From positions 74,526,001-74,586,000 of the forward strand of contig CM059432.1 of the NCBI GenBank assembly GCA_030390025.1: a stretch of 60,000 nt of DNA. The letters run 5' to 3'. The position numbers were made by a program, and so were the translations under genes. The DNA comes from Squalus acanthias. Its lineage: Eukaryota. Of the stretch, positions 1 to 12,327 are shown one piece after another; the stretch's first letter is position 1, and every line of letters starts with the position of its first letter. The notes beneath the pieces are model-generated. The model saw nothing but the letters and a program-made list of their open reading frames with translations, made no database searches and had not been told where the DNA came from.

Positions 1-142
1 GAAGCTGAGCCTAATTGTAGCACCCAAACTGCCATGCCAACCGAAAACAACAAACACAACACAGACTGGGAATTGGCCCTTTCAACTTCTGGTCTATTTT
101 TGGCTTAGTGTTGCACTAGGCAGTGCCTTTGCCCAATAAGCC
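1..142 (-). repeat. Decayed tRNA-derived SINE fragment (same unnamed family as 24560-25020 and 48935-49321)
   Basis: Loose similarity to the head region of the 48935-49321 copy (CACAGACTGGG...AATTG...TTCTGGTCT...GGCTTAG). Boundaries approximate. Confidence 0.3.
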
Positions 143-1479
143 AAGATGTCTAGTTTTAAAACTTAAGTTACTCGTAGTTACCTACCAGTGCTAGCTTACA
201 GTGTTGTTACAAATTAGGTGTGCCGTAGATACTTTCTCAGGTTCAGTGGCTCTCATAAACAGATCTGTAGTCCCTTACCTTCCAGAGTTGACTCATGCAG
301 CTCAATGTCTACTTATACAACAGTGTAATCTGGGGTTGTAACAATTTGCTCTGCTTGACATACAAACTGGATATCAAGCGAGTGAATCTTCGCGGGGGTT
401 CTTCCGAATGTTCATATAACTTTGGTAGAAGAGCTATGGAAAGTTACAATGGAAAAGCGGGAGAACTCATGGAAATTTACCCCCCCATGTCTTTTGCGCT
501 TTCCCTCATGCGCTCTTCTTCAATATTTCAGTAGGGGGACTATTTATACTTTAGTGAGTTAAGACAACAACAAAATATTAATTTGTTTTATTCCTCGAAC
601 AGTAAGTGAACATATAGAGCAATAGTTATGATCTGACTCACTTAATTCAAATCAGTACAACTTGTCTTTGCACAGTAACACAATATAATGAACATTACCC
701 ATCCTCACATCAGTGGTACATCTTGTCTGGCTTAAACAAAGTAATTTCAAGTTACCCTCCTATGACCTTATCTTATGAATTTGGGCAAAAGCCTGCCCTA
801 GCAATTTTCTGCTTAAAAACCACACTGTCAGAGTGTGTTTCTGTACTTATTTGATCTCCCTGTGTTTATAATCGGAGGAGGGTCTATGCCAGGCAATCCC
901 TGCCAAGCACCTGGAACCAGGAATTTTCCAACACAATGGCCGGAATTTTCACATTGGAGAGCGTGCGGGTTTGGGGGTGGGTTGGCAGTTAAAAGTGCAG
1001 AAATTGACAGCGCGTTGAGAACCCGCTGTCATCCCACCGACTTCCGCCTTTCACTGGGGCGCGTTTCGAGGTGTGCCACGGACCCGCTCGGGAGAGGTGG
1101 GCAACCACATTGAGGTTGTTAACTGCTCATTTACAGACTCTTAACTACCTTTTAAATGTCAGGTTTGAACTTTAACTGGTTGTGCATGGGATTCACGCAC
1201 CTCGGGAACCTCGCCTGTGAAGGGGAGGCAGAAGCTCAGTGGCCATTGTGCGAGTTCATTAAGTGACAGCTGGAAAAAAACACATAAACCATACACCTGC
1301 TTCCTTGCCTAAGGGAATGGCTGTTGCTGACACAATTTTGTGCAGAGATTTAGCTTTCAGGAGTTTGCAGGTGATTTCTGCAACCTCTGAAGCCACTCTC
1401 ACCACATTGCTAGTCACTCTCAGTACATTGAAGGATTGTGCCTCTGATCTCCACTTGACCTGGCATCTATTACATCAGC

Positions 1480-2638
1480 ATGGGTGCCGCTTATGCTGTC
1501 TCACCTTGGACCTCAGAATCGGACCAAGATGAGCCCCAGCACCAACAACACCAGCCACACCAGCAGCAGCAGCCATAACAGCAGCCTTCTCCTCAAAGAC
1601 CTGATGCTGCAGAGGAGAGAGGGGGTCAGCACAAAGGTGCATCGTGCCGGAGGTGATACCCCCAACACAGGGTATACAGGCAGAGGATGAGCTTCCTGGA
1701 CATGACTGAGCAGCAGTGCTTCAGGAGGCTCACATTATTGCGCCAGGTCGTCGCAGATGTTTGTAGCTTGCTGGAACAAGACCTGCTGCCCAGAGGACCT
1801 GGTGGTCAAAGTCACCACCACCCTCAACTTCTTCGCCTCAGGCTCCTTCCAGGGATCTGCAGCAGACATTTGCAGGATCTCGCAGTCGGCCGCCCACAAG
1901 CATCACCCATGTTTTGACAAGTCAGCCAATTATGCCAACTTTGCCAATGATGAAGCCAGTTTTACTGAGTGGGCGCTCGGCTTTGCGGCTCTGGCTGGAT
2001 TCCCACAGGTGCAGGACGTCATTGACTGTACACATGTGGCCTTCAAGGCACCTGCAGATCACCCAGGAGTGTTTGTGAACCGCAAGAACTTCCACTCTGT
2101 CAATGTGCAGCTCGTCTGCAACCATAAAAAGATCATCATGCATGTGTGTGCCAGTTTCCCTGGCAGCTGTCATGACTCTTTCCTGCTGCGCCAGTCCACC
2201 CTCCCTCAGCTCTTCTCATCTCCAAACAGACTTACTGGCTGGCTGCTTGGAGACAAGGGCGATCCACTGAAGATGTAGTTGAGGGGGCCAAGCAATGAGG
2301 CCAAGGAGTGCTATAATGACAGCCACATGTCCACCAGATGTGTTATAGAGCAAGCAATCGGCATGATGAAGGTGCACTTTAGATACCTTGACAGATCTGG
2401 TGGAGCCCTTCAGTACGCACCAGCCAGGGTCTCCGGAATCATCATCGTTTGCTGCGCACTGCACCACAGAGTGCAGCAGCAAGGATTGGAGCTGCAGGAG
2501 GAGCAAGGCGCAGAGCAGACAGCCTCTTTGGAGGAGGAAGAGGAGGAGGAGGAACCTGAGGTGGAGATGACACCAGAAGTGGCGCACATTGCTGCCCGGG
2601 AGGCCTAGGATGGCCTCATAATGGCTCAATTTACTTAA
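1480..2638 (+). pseudogene. Harbinger DDE transposase (HARBI1-like), disrupted
   Basis: Motifs [66 protein letters not shown]. Has frameshifts and stops, Q-rich N-terminus and poly-E C-terminus. Confidence 0.9.
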
Positions 2639-2902
2639 CTTGCACCAGTGCACCCATGTGGCTGCCAGACGCTGTACCAACTTCCCCCCGCCCCCCACCC
2701 AACAACACCACAAAGCAGCCCAACAATGACCAAGCCATTCCTGTCAACCAAACCCCCATTGCTCGAGGTTAATAACATCTCACCATTCACTCCAAGTGAC
2801 AAGACCACTTCCCAAGTAGCAGGCAAAAATGGACAAGATGGGAAAGTAGTGCGAAGCAATAAATTTATGTGCATCATAAATAAAACTGAAACTTAACACT
2901 TA

Positions 2903-4462
2903 GGCCGTGATTTTGCTGGCGCTCAGAGGGTGGGTTTGGAGGTGGGTCAGAGGTTAAAGTCGTTTTGATTGACAGTGGGTTCGGAACCCGCTGTCATCCT
3001 GCCTCCACACAACCTTCCCAAGTGTCGGTCCCCGATTTGCGAATGGACCCGACACCTAGCGGCGGGAAACGGAGTAAAGGCAATTAACTGCCTATTAACA
3101 GGTACTTGTGAGCAGTTTTCAGGGTCTTTTTTGATTTTCCAGCTTCTGGGTCAGTTTTACGACGTCCGGACAACACACCAGGTTAAGTGTGGCGTGTTGT
3201 GAGTCCAGTCTGATGTTTGTGAAAAGATGACAGCTGCAGAAGTGGTGTCAAGGATGTCATGTTGCACATGGTGAGTTTCAGAGCAAAGAAAATGTTCATT
3301 ACTGCATTTTTAATACATATACAGATTTCTTTAGCTTACAAGTTTTTAAATCCAACTGTAGGTCCAGTGCCACCTCATTGGGAGAACCTCTCTCACCAGT
3401 GACAGATCGCTTCTGTCATCTCACCAGCAGCTGCCATCTATTCCAGCAACATCAGAGCCAATGAAACAATCAGACCTTGGTCCTCCGAATCCTTCCACAA
3501 TCATCCCCAACACCAACATCACCAACCTCATCACCAACCTTCACCGCCATCACCTGATGCTGCACTGGACACAGGACATCAGCCCCTGTCAACATTGCTG
3601 GCCAGGAGGCCAGCGATGGCATCACCATGGCCAGACTTTCTTCCCTTGATGCTGTAAACCCTGGCTGCCACGTGATGCGCCAGGTTGACACCATCCCACA
3701 CCAGCACCGTGAAGCATCCCTTTAATGTCCAAGCCATTCCATGCACACACATCACTATAGCGGGGTGGGGGGGGGGGGGGGGGGGGGGGGAGGAGTTATG
3801 ACTGAACAATCACTGAACTCAGTAAGACACTTCTCAATGTGCGCTCAGATCAGTCCAATAAGATGGCACTTTTTGAAAAAGAGATTTCACTATATGACAA
3901 CACATTACCAGAAACTTCACATGGACATTGGCTAAACATCTCAAATGCCCACCCTTGTGTGTTGTTAGTTGGTATGCTTGCAGTAGAATGAGGGTGAGTG
4001 TGAGGGGTCGCTAGTGAGATGGGGAAGTGATAAAGTAAATAGAGAGGGTTGGGTGGAGGTGCAAGGTAAGTTGGTGTCCTGGGGAGGTCTCTTCCACCCT
4101 TGGAAGGGAAGAGAACCTCCCTGGACACTGTGACTCCCTCCATAAGCATATGGAGGGAGTCATTGGAGAGAGTGTGTGCAAGAGTTCACCTTTGTGCAGT
4201 GATTGTCAGTGTTTTCAGCACCTCAATGCTGTCAAACACTGAAAAATCAACTGTCAAAATAAAATTGTGTATGGTCCCTTTAAGGAAACGGGCAGATGAC
4301 GCGACATCAAGTGATGTCATCAGACCCACTTCCTGTTAATTGGCCGGCAAGGCCAATCAAGGGAAAATCACGTCTGTAGAGCGGAGGCAGCTGGGGGTGG
4401 GACCAGAATCCGTAAACCAGCTGTCCCGCACCCATCCCGACACCGATGAGAAAATCGCGTTC
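2903..4462 (+). mobile_element. Non-autonomous Harbinger deletion derivative nested between the two genes of copy A
   Basis: Ends GGCCGTGATTTT / AAAATCGCGTTC, flanked by TTA/TAA. Internal remnants of transposase N- and C-termini (3420-3700) and Myb exon 1 (EGVTVSREVLFPSKG, 4080-4150). Body matches 20442-22194 in reverse. Confidence 0.75.
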
Positions 4463-4501
4463 TAACATTTTGGCAAACACCCTTGTGCATACACTGTGCA
4501 T

Positions 4502-6324
4502 CTACGATTGTGTTTCTTTTCTATTCCGAGTGCTTCTACGAGGTGCAACCCCTATGGCTTCAGCAGAGGTAGAGGCAGGCTGCTCACTTCCCTGCTGCGA
4601 CTGCTTTAACACTTTTGATGGACATCCTCTGGGTTTAGGGCCCGTGAGGGCCCCGCCAAAGACTGCTCCTCCTGCAACTGGGCAGGGGCAGACTTGGCCA
4701 TCGGGATCCGAGGCAGCATGTGGGGCTCTGGCTGATGGATAGGCAAAGGGGGAGAAGTGGGAGCGCTTTGAGCAGAGCCCCCACTTCCATGTCCCCTCTC
4801 ATCTTCATCCCTCTCATGGGCCACCTGCACTTCCCTGCTAGCAAGGAGCTGGAGAGCTCCTTGCTGCACATCAGTGGGGCGATGAACGCCCAAGTCTAGG
4901 TTGGTATCCCTCCTCGAGATGAGGTCAGTGAGCGTCTGCTCACAGCAAGCATGTTCTCATTCAACTGGCACATTAGCTGCTCCATGCAGGTGGCCGCCCT
5001 TTCCATGGAACAGCACATCGTCGCCATCACCTGTGAGATGCTGGTGCTTATGTTGGAGATGGACTCCTCCATTCTCTGTACAAACGTGCACATCGCGGCT
5101 GGAAAAGCTGCCAGTGCCTCGCACATTTGTTGCTGCTCCTCCAAGATCACCCTCTTTATCGATGGCCCCCGAGGTACAGCATCTGCATCCAGCTGAGCAG
5201 AGTTTGGAGCATCCTGCACCCTCTGACGAGGAGTCTCCACTGCTGTCCCTGTCTCCACCATCTGCTATTGCTCACTTGCGATGTGTGAGACACCAGGTGA
5301 CAACACTACTCTATGTCTCGCAGGACCCACCGAGGTGTGCGTATCTGCACTGGTGCTGGGTGCGCATGGGTCTGGTGACGGTGCACCCTCATAGAGTGGA
5401 GCTTCCCCTTCCTCCTTCATCTTCCTCCTCCGGCTGGACAGTGTGGTGGGGGTGGGGGGCCACTTGATGGATCTGTGAGAGAGTAAAGACATGAATTAGA
5501 AATGTAATGATAAGAATGTGCGACGTTACCATTATGCACATGATGACATTTCACTCAAGTCACCATGAGTGACTGCTGTATGCATGTGGCGGTATGAGAT
5601 TTAATTCCGTCTCTCCTTCTCGCACCGCCAGCAGCTCTGCAACTCTAGTGATTTGCAGCACCTCCTCCTCTGCTGGAGTCAAGTTGGTTTAAGTTGGAGG
5701 GACACTTCCGGTTCGTTGCCTCTCCCTGTTGTTGTGCGCTCTCTTCTCCTGCAAGGAGGGAAAGAAGAGAACTTTGAGTGAGAGTGATGGAATGCGTGTA
5801 AGGAATGGATGGACTACATCTGTAGAGGGTGACTATGAGGGAGTGGTGTGACATTGCCAAATGGCCTCCTTCTGTGGCGTTACTTCCTATGATTGCATTA
5901 GGATGAGGGTGAGTGTGAGGGGCGGTTAGTCAGATGGGGATGTGAGTAGGTGCATAAAGAGAGAGGGATGGGTGGACCTGCAAGGTAGGTTGATGTGAGG
6001 AGTGATGTGCAGGAGTAGGCTTGGGAAGGCAGAGTGATGTGGTTGGGGTGACACGCACATCAGGATGTAGTTGAATGTGGCATTGCACTCACCTTTCCTG
6101 ACCTCATGAGATCATTAAATTGTTTCCATCACTGTATCCTGGACCACCTTACGACATCCCTGCTGCTGACCTCCTCTGCAATCTCCAGCCATGTGCTCTT
6201 GGTCTCACTGGAATGTCTCTTGTGCCAATACCCAGGGAACAGGATTTACTTGAACTCCCTGGAGCAGGACTTCCTGGCAGGAATCAGAGAATCTCAGCAC
6301 TGCCTTCTGTCGCTGGGACTGCAT
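4502..6324 (-). pseudogene. Harbinger Myb/SANT-like DNA-binding protein gene (NAIF1-like), 3 exons, disrupted
   Basis: Exon 1 6324-6093 (MQSQRQKAVLRFSDS..., donor GTGAGT). Exon 2 from 5748 (TTGCAG acceptor). Exon 3 5472-4502 ending RRSTRNRKETQS*. Homologous to the Myb genes at 16204-18097, 51981-53899 and 58060-58803. Confidence 0.8.
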
Positions 6325-6764
6325 GCTTCCCTCAAACCTCAGATGGAAAATCTTTACTTTTTGAACAACCATACCTCTGCCAAAGAGCTCTGATCCTCCT
6401 CCAACAACCTTCAAGTGTGATGTGTGGAAAGCCCCTTTAAATATCTAAGCTCAAGGCGAGTCATCGATGACATCATCAGACCCGCTCCATTTAATTGGCC
6501 AGGAAACCCGCACGCCTAACTCAATTGACACAATTCAGTTAAAGACAAGGTGGACAGCGCGCTGCCGAGTGCTGCGTGAGGCCAACCCACTATGCAGCCC
6601 CCACCCCCGTACCCAATTTACCTCACAGGTAAAAATTCCAGCCAATGGGTGTGAGGTGTTTATCGATTACAAAGACAGGCTAACAAATTGCATATTGTTT
6701 TTGGTCTTTGTGTAACCAACTTCAATGTCAACCTCAATAACATTTTAACCACCTTACACCTCAG

Positions 6765-6912
6765 CAATGTTCCCCGAAGGCATACGGTCGCATGGCCACG
6801 CACCGATTGTGAAGTCCCGTGCAGGCCGCCCTCCAGCTGCTGCCGCTGGAAGAGATAGAGAGCAGCAAATTTAAAGGGTCCGTGCAGGGAGGAAAAATTA
6901 GAGGGAACATTG
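6765..6912. mobile_element. hAT-like MITE
   Basis: TIR CAATGTTCCC / GGGAACATTG. Imperfect 8-bp TSD CACCTCAG / CATTTCAG. Confidence 0.6.
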
Positions 6913-7004
6913 CATTTCAGTGCATTTTTTTAACGTGTGCCTACACTTTGCTTTAAAAATTCCACATTTAAACATACCTAATTTCCAAAACCTAGGTATT
7001 CTCT

Positions 7005-9043
7005 ACTGCTAACCGTCTTCTTAAACCCCTCTCCCCTGTCTCCTCCACCCTCACCTCCGATAACAAGTGTGAGGAGCTCATGGACTTCTTTGTCTCTATA
7101 ATTGAGACCATCCGCTGGGTGGGACTGCACTCACCTGGTTCCATTCTTATCTATCTAATTATAGCCAGAGAATCACCTGCAATGGCTTCTCTTCCCGCTC
7201 CCGCATTGTTACCTCTGGTGTCCCCCAAGGATCTATCCTTGGCCCCCTCCTATTTCTCATCTACATGTTGCCCCTTGGCGACATCATCTGAAAACACAGT
7301 GTCAGTTTCCACATGTACGCTGACGACACCCAGCTCTACCTCCCTACCTCTTCTCTCGACCCCTCCACGGTGTCTAAATTGTCAGACTGCTTGTCCGACA
7401 TACAGTTCTGGATGAGCAAAAATTTTCTCCAATTAAATATTAGGAAGACCGAAGCCATTGTTTTCGGTCCCTGCCACAAACTCCGTTCCCTAGCCACTGA
7501 CTCCATTCCTCTCCCTAACATCTGTCTGAGGCTGAACCACACTGTTCACAACCTTGGTGTCATATTTGACCCTGAAATGAGCTTCCAACCACATATCCGC
7601 AGCATAACAAAGAGCGCCTACTTCCACCTCCGTAACATCGCCTGTCTCCGCCCTTGCCTCTGCTCATCCGCTGCTGAAACCCTCATTCATTCCTTTGTTA
7701 TCTCTAGACTTGATTATTCTAATGCACTCCTGGCTGGCCTCCCACATTCTACTCTACGTAAACTTGAGGTCATTCAAAACTCGGCTGCCCGTATCCTAAC
7801 TCACACCAAGTCCCGTTCACCCATCACCCCTGTGCTTGCTGACCTACACTGGCTCCCGGTTAAGCAGCGCCTCGATTTCAAAATTATCATCCTTGTTTTC
7901 AAATCCCTCCATGGCCCTGCCCCTTCCTATCTCTGTAATCTCCTTCAGCCCCACAACGCCCCCGAGATATCTGCGCTCTTCTAATTCTGCCCTCTTGAGC
8001 ATCCCTGATTATAATCGCTCAACCATTGGTGGCTGTGCCTTCTGTTGCCTAGGCCCTAAGCTCTGGAATTCCATGCCTAAACCTCTCTACCTCTTTCCTC
8101 CTTTAAGACGCTCCTTAAAACCTACCTCTTTGACCAAGCGTTTGGGCACTTGCCCTAATTTATCCTTATGTGTATCAGTGTCAAATTTTTTTTTGTCTTA
8201 AAATACTCCTGTGCAGGGCCTTGGGACATTTTACTACGTTAAAGGCGCTATATAAATACAAGGGGCTGGATTTTGAATGACCCATGGAGTCGGGTTTGGA
8301 GGCGTGTGGGGGGTTAAATTTGCGGGGTCGGGGGTCCCGACCCCATCCCGACTCCATCCCGCCTCCACACAATTTTGACAAAATCAGTCATGGGGTTCCC
8401 GACTCCGTCCCGCCTCCAAGAGGCGGGAGAGGCCATTAAAGCCCTTAACAAGCCCTAAATTGGCTCTGTAATGCCATTTTGAAACATTTTAGCTAGTTTA
8501 ACCCTTTTCCGACGTGAAGCATGCCTGGTGTGAAACACTCCAGTGAAACCTGGCGGGAGCACAAGTGGATAGCTGACTATCGGCTGCAGGTCCACTATTA
8601 CAACGGAGATTTGATGAAGGTAGTAGTAGTAGTATTAGGTCTGAAAGTCGCCTCTGATGCTGCTGCATTGAATATCTTTAGAGACTGCATGGCCTTTGCT
8701 GTGAGAGGACTTGGATGCAAAAAATGCTCTCTCTCTCTCTCTCTGTCTCCCGCCCCGCCACCCCCATCCAGGTCCACTCACATCAAAAGCCAGGCTCCTC
8801 TCTCACCAACAGCCAGACAATCTCTGAGACCAGTCAGCAATGATGACATCATCAGAGGCAACTTTCAGACTCAAACCACTAATTAGTTCATGGGTTCCCA
8901 CATGCTGGAACTCAATTGCCCAATTAAGTGAAAATTGCATCATTGATCCACATTAATCTGCAGTCGGGTGGGGAACACGAAATGCAGATAACACGACCCC
9001 AACCCGACCCCAAGACAAAATCCAGCCCAAGTTGTTGTTGTTG
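7005..9043 (+). mobile_element. L2-clade LINE, 5'-truncated, 3' tail split by the MITE at 8263-9028
   Basis: GVPQGSILGP, YADDTQLY, SRLDYSNALL, LHWLPVKQR. L2 tail GGCGCTATATAAATACAAG resumes as (TTG)n at 9032. Confidence 0.9.
8263..9028. mobile_element. Harbinger-type MITE
   Basis: Perfect 13-bp TIR GGGCTGGATTTTG / CAAAATCCAGCCC. TSD AAG (8260-8262, 9029-9031). Confidence 0.85.
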
Positions 9044-9367
9044 TATATGATAAGTCAATTAACTTATTTCACAGATGCGTGCGGGCCATTTGAAGAGGCT
9101 GCAGTCGAAGCAAAAACGTGGTTAGGTTTTGAGGCCTTAGCCTCATTTACAACAGGCCAAATGGGCGTCCCGATGCAGCTCACCAGATTAAGGCCTACCA
9201 ATATTGGACCGCTTCAGCCACCAGTAAGATAAGTTTGGGGCGGGGGATCGTGATCACGGCGGGAGGTGGAGGTGGTGGGGCCCAGATTATTTTTGCGGAG
9301 TTTGGTGGAGAAATCTTGCTTCTCCCGACCTCACAAAATTAATTCCATACTTACCTTTGCTGGGTCG

Positions 9368-10206
9368 TAGCCAGAGAATCACCTGCAATGGCTGCTCTTC
9401 CTGCTCCTGCACCTTTGTCTCTGGAGTCTATCCTTGGCCCCTTCAAATTTCTCATCTACATGCTGTCCCTCGGCGACATCATCCGAAAACATGTTAGGTT
9501 CCACATGTATGCTGCGACACCCAGCTCTACCTCACCACCATCTCTCTCGACCCCTCCATTATTTCTTATTTGTCACACTGCTTGTCCGACATCCAGTTGC
9601 TGCTGAAACCCTCATCCATGCCTTTGTTACCTCTAGGCTTGTCTATTCCAATGCAATCCTGGCAGACCTTGCATCTTCCACCCGACATAAACCTAAGCTC
9701 ATCCAAAACTCTGCTGCCCATATTCTTAGTTGCACCAAGTCCTGTTCACCCATCACCCCTGTGCTTGCTGACCTGCATTGGCTCCTGGTCCGGCAATGCC
9801 TCGATTTTAAAATTCTCAACCTTGTTTTGAAATCCTTCCATGGCCTTGCCCCTCCCTATCTTTGTAACCTCCTCCAGCCCTACAACCCTCCGAGATCTCT
9901 GTGTTCCTCCAATTCTGGCCTCTTGCGCATCCCGATTTTAATCGCTCCACTATTTGGCAACCCTGCCTTCAGCTGCCTAGGCTCTAAGCTCCGGAATTCC
10001 CTCCCTAAACCCCTCCGCCTTTCTACCTCTCCTCCTTTAAGATGCTCCTTAAAACTTACGTCTTTGACCAAGCTTTTGGTCATCTCTCCTAATATCTCCT
10101 TATGTGCCTCGGTGTCAAATTTTGTTTGGTAACACTCCTGTGAAACGCCTTTGGACATTTTACTACGTTAAAGGCGCTATTTAAATGCAAGTTGTCGTTG
10201 TTGTTG
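9368..10206 (+). mobile_element. L2 LINE 3' fragment with internal deletions
   Basis: AETLIHAFVTSRL, LHWLLVRQ. Tail GGCGCTATTTAAATGCAAGTTGTCGTTG. Confidence 0.85.
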
Positions 10207-10315
10207 GGTCTTTTTGGCTCTATCGCCTATGGAACTGATCGAAGCCTGCACGACAAAAATAAATATGAGCAGAATCATCCTGTTCACAGCCATAAATGTC
10301 CTTTTAATAGTACAT

Positions 10316-10736
10316 AGAAAGAAGGACTTGCATTTATATAGCACCTTTCATGACCTCAGGATGTCCCAAAGCGCTTTACAGCCAATGAAGTACTTTTTGA
10401 AATGTAGTCACTGTTGTAATGTAGGAAACGTGGCAACCAATTTGCGCACAAGGTTCTACATGCAGCAATGTAATAATGACCAGATAATCTGTTTTTTTAA
10501 TGATGTTAGTTGAGGGATAAATATTGGCCAGGACAACAGGGAGAACTGCCCTGCTCTTCTTTGAAATAATGGCATGGGATCTTTTATGTCCAGCTGAGAG
10601 GGCAGATGGGGCCTCGGTTTAACGTCTCATCTGAAAGACGGCACCTCCCACAGTGCAGCACTCCCTCAGTACTGCACTGGAGCGTCAGCCTAGATTTAGT
10701 GCTCACGTCTTTAGAGTGGGACTTCAACTCACAAAC

Positions 10737-10768
<32 letters not shown>

Positions 10769-10778
10769 GGCTGACACC
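10316..10778 (-). repeat. SacSINE1/DeuSINE-like SINE
   Basis: Reverse complement of Deu-domain-like TCAGATGAGACGTTAAACCGAGGCCCC...AAAAGATCCCATG. L2-like tail GCTATATAAATGCAAG. tRNA-like head near 10720-10778. Confidence 0.8.
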
Positions 10779-12141
10779 TAAAAGGAACAATAAATAACAA
10801 AGCAAATAAGACATTCAGCAAACTACATACCTCCCAAATGTCTCAAATGAGCAAGTAAATTTTATCTCCTGATGTCCTGTATGGACACTTGCTTCCCACT
10901 TACATTTCCACGCCAATACATCCAGCAAAGTTATATTTTCAAATTTTCTTCTGTGTTGGGAAATCATTACACATCCCTTCACCTGAAGCTCTTGTACTTG
11001 CATTCACTTCCAAATCACCTATGTGCCTTTGAGTCCGTCTTCTTGGCTGATGTGCACTGCAGTCCCCATACAGGCCACATTGCAGCCTCCTATTAAATAT
11101 TGTTTCCTCTTTGCTCTCAGCCAGAGCTCTGGAATGTTACTTGGAGAGAAAGGTATTCCAGTCCCCATGCCATGAAACAGGTATTTTCTCCATTGTGAGA
11201 ATAGACCTGTTTTACATTGCAGGGAAGGCTATGACAGCCCCACATCCCAGTGGTATTACATGAGTGGTAGTGAGAGAAAAGGGTTGGGGGCTGGGTGCGG
11301 GGGGGGGGGGCGGAGGGTGCTGTGGTGGGAGGCAGTTATGTTTCATATGAAATGCATGAATGGCCAGGATAGGGACTTCTACATATCAGGTGAGAATGCA
11401 GATTCAGTCAGAGATATGGGAGCAGTTAGGAAAGTGATTCAAGGAACAATAAATAAAACAAATAAGACATTCTGCAAACAAATAGATGAGAATATTGACA
11501 TTTTTTCTTATCAACTACATGATAAAGAAATTAACATTATCCACTTCATGTAAACAAACCCTTTATCTAATTTTTAATGCATTAATATATGAAGTAAACC
11601 AAGATATTTTGCTGGCCAGTAGCTACTCTTAGAAAAACAGTGGCTCAAGTGTGATTGACAAGGCAAGGTACCACATAATAATGAGAAGCTGGAAAGACAC
11701 TGATAAAATGACAGTGACGCAGCATACAAAAGGACTGAGTAACTGCATGAAGGAATATGACAGCAGCACGAACACAATGACACAAGCCATATGTCTCAGG
11801 GAGAAGAGGCACAGGCAGGGATGTAACACAGCTGGCCCATCACAGCAGGAGGAGCCAAGGGGAATATCAGCCACACAGCATAACATCTGGAATAGCAAAG
11901 AAGAGCCATAAAGGAGCTGCTTTCCAAATGTGACTGTCAGGCTGCTCTTCAGCTCAAACTAATGAAGATTCTACAGAATGAACTGGAACAGGTTACAAAA
12001 GGGTAATTTTTTCGCAGCACCAGACATCAATGAGGCATTTTATATATTAAAATAGACCAGTTCAATTAATAACGGACCAAATAATTAGGGTTGGCAAATC
12101 TACTGAAAACCCACTAATTTCACTAACATATACGAGTCCAC

Positions 12142-12327
12142 GGGGTAGCTCTTGACTTTGTGCGATAGCGTAAAACGGGTGATAGTGAGTCAGCAGCCCA
12201 TTTTACATCTCTCCCAATTTTTATTTCTATTGACTTCAATGGACATAAAAGTCAAGAGAGATGTAAAATAGGCTGCTGACGCACCATCACCCGTTTTTCA
12301 CTATCGCACAAAGTCAAGAGCTACCCC
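12142..12327. mobile_element. Palindromic (hairpin) MITE
   Basis: Whole element is an inverted repeat, GGGGTAGCTCTTGACTTTGTGCGATAG ... CTATCGCACAAAGTCAAGAGCTACCCC. Second copy at 33325-33477. Confidence 0.85.

Larger units (their letters stand above)
938..6643 (+). mobile_element. PIF/Harbinger DNA transposon copy A (two-gene, defective), carrying a nested element
   Basis: TIRs GGCCGGAATTTTCAC / GTAAAAATTCCAGCC. 3-bp TSD AAT (935-937, 6644-6646). Contains convergent transposase (+) and Myb/SANT (-) genes. Confidence 0.9.

Noticed and set aside
4901..5467. Long ORFs such as 4901-5467 (+), 2216-2713 (-), 21243-21746 (-) and 9434-10132 (+)
   Set aside because: Antisense or shifted frames of GC-rich Harbinger or LINE coding sequence, with no independent coding signal.
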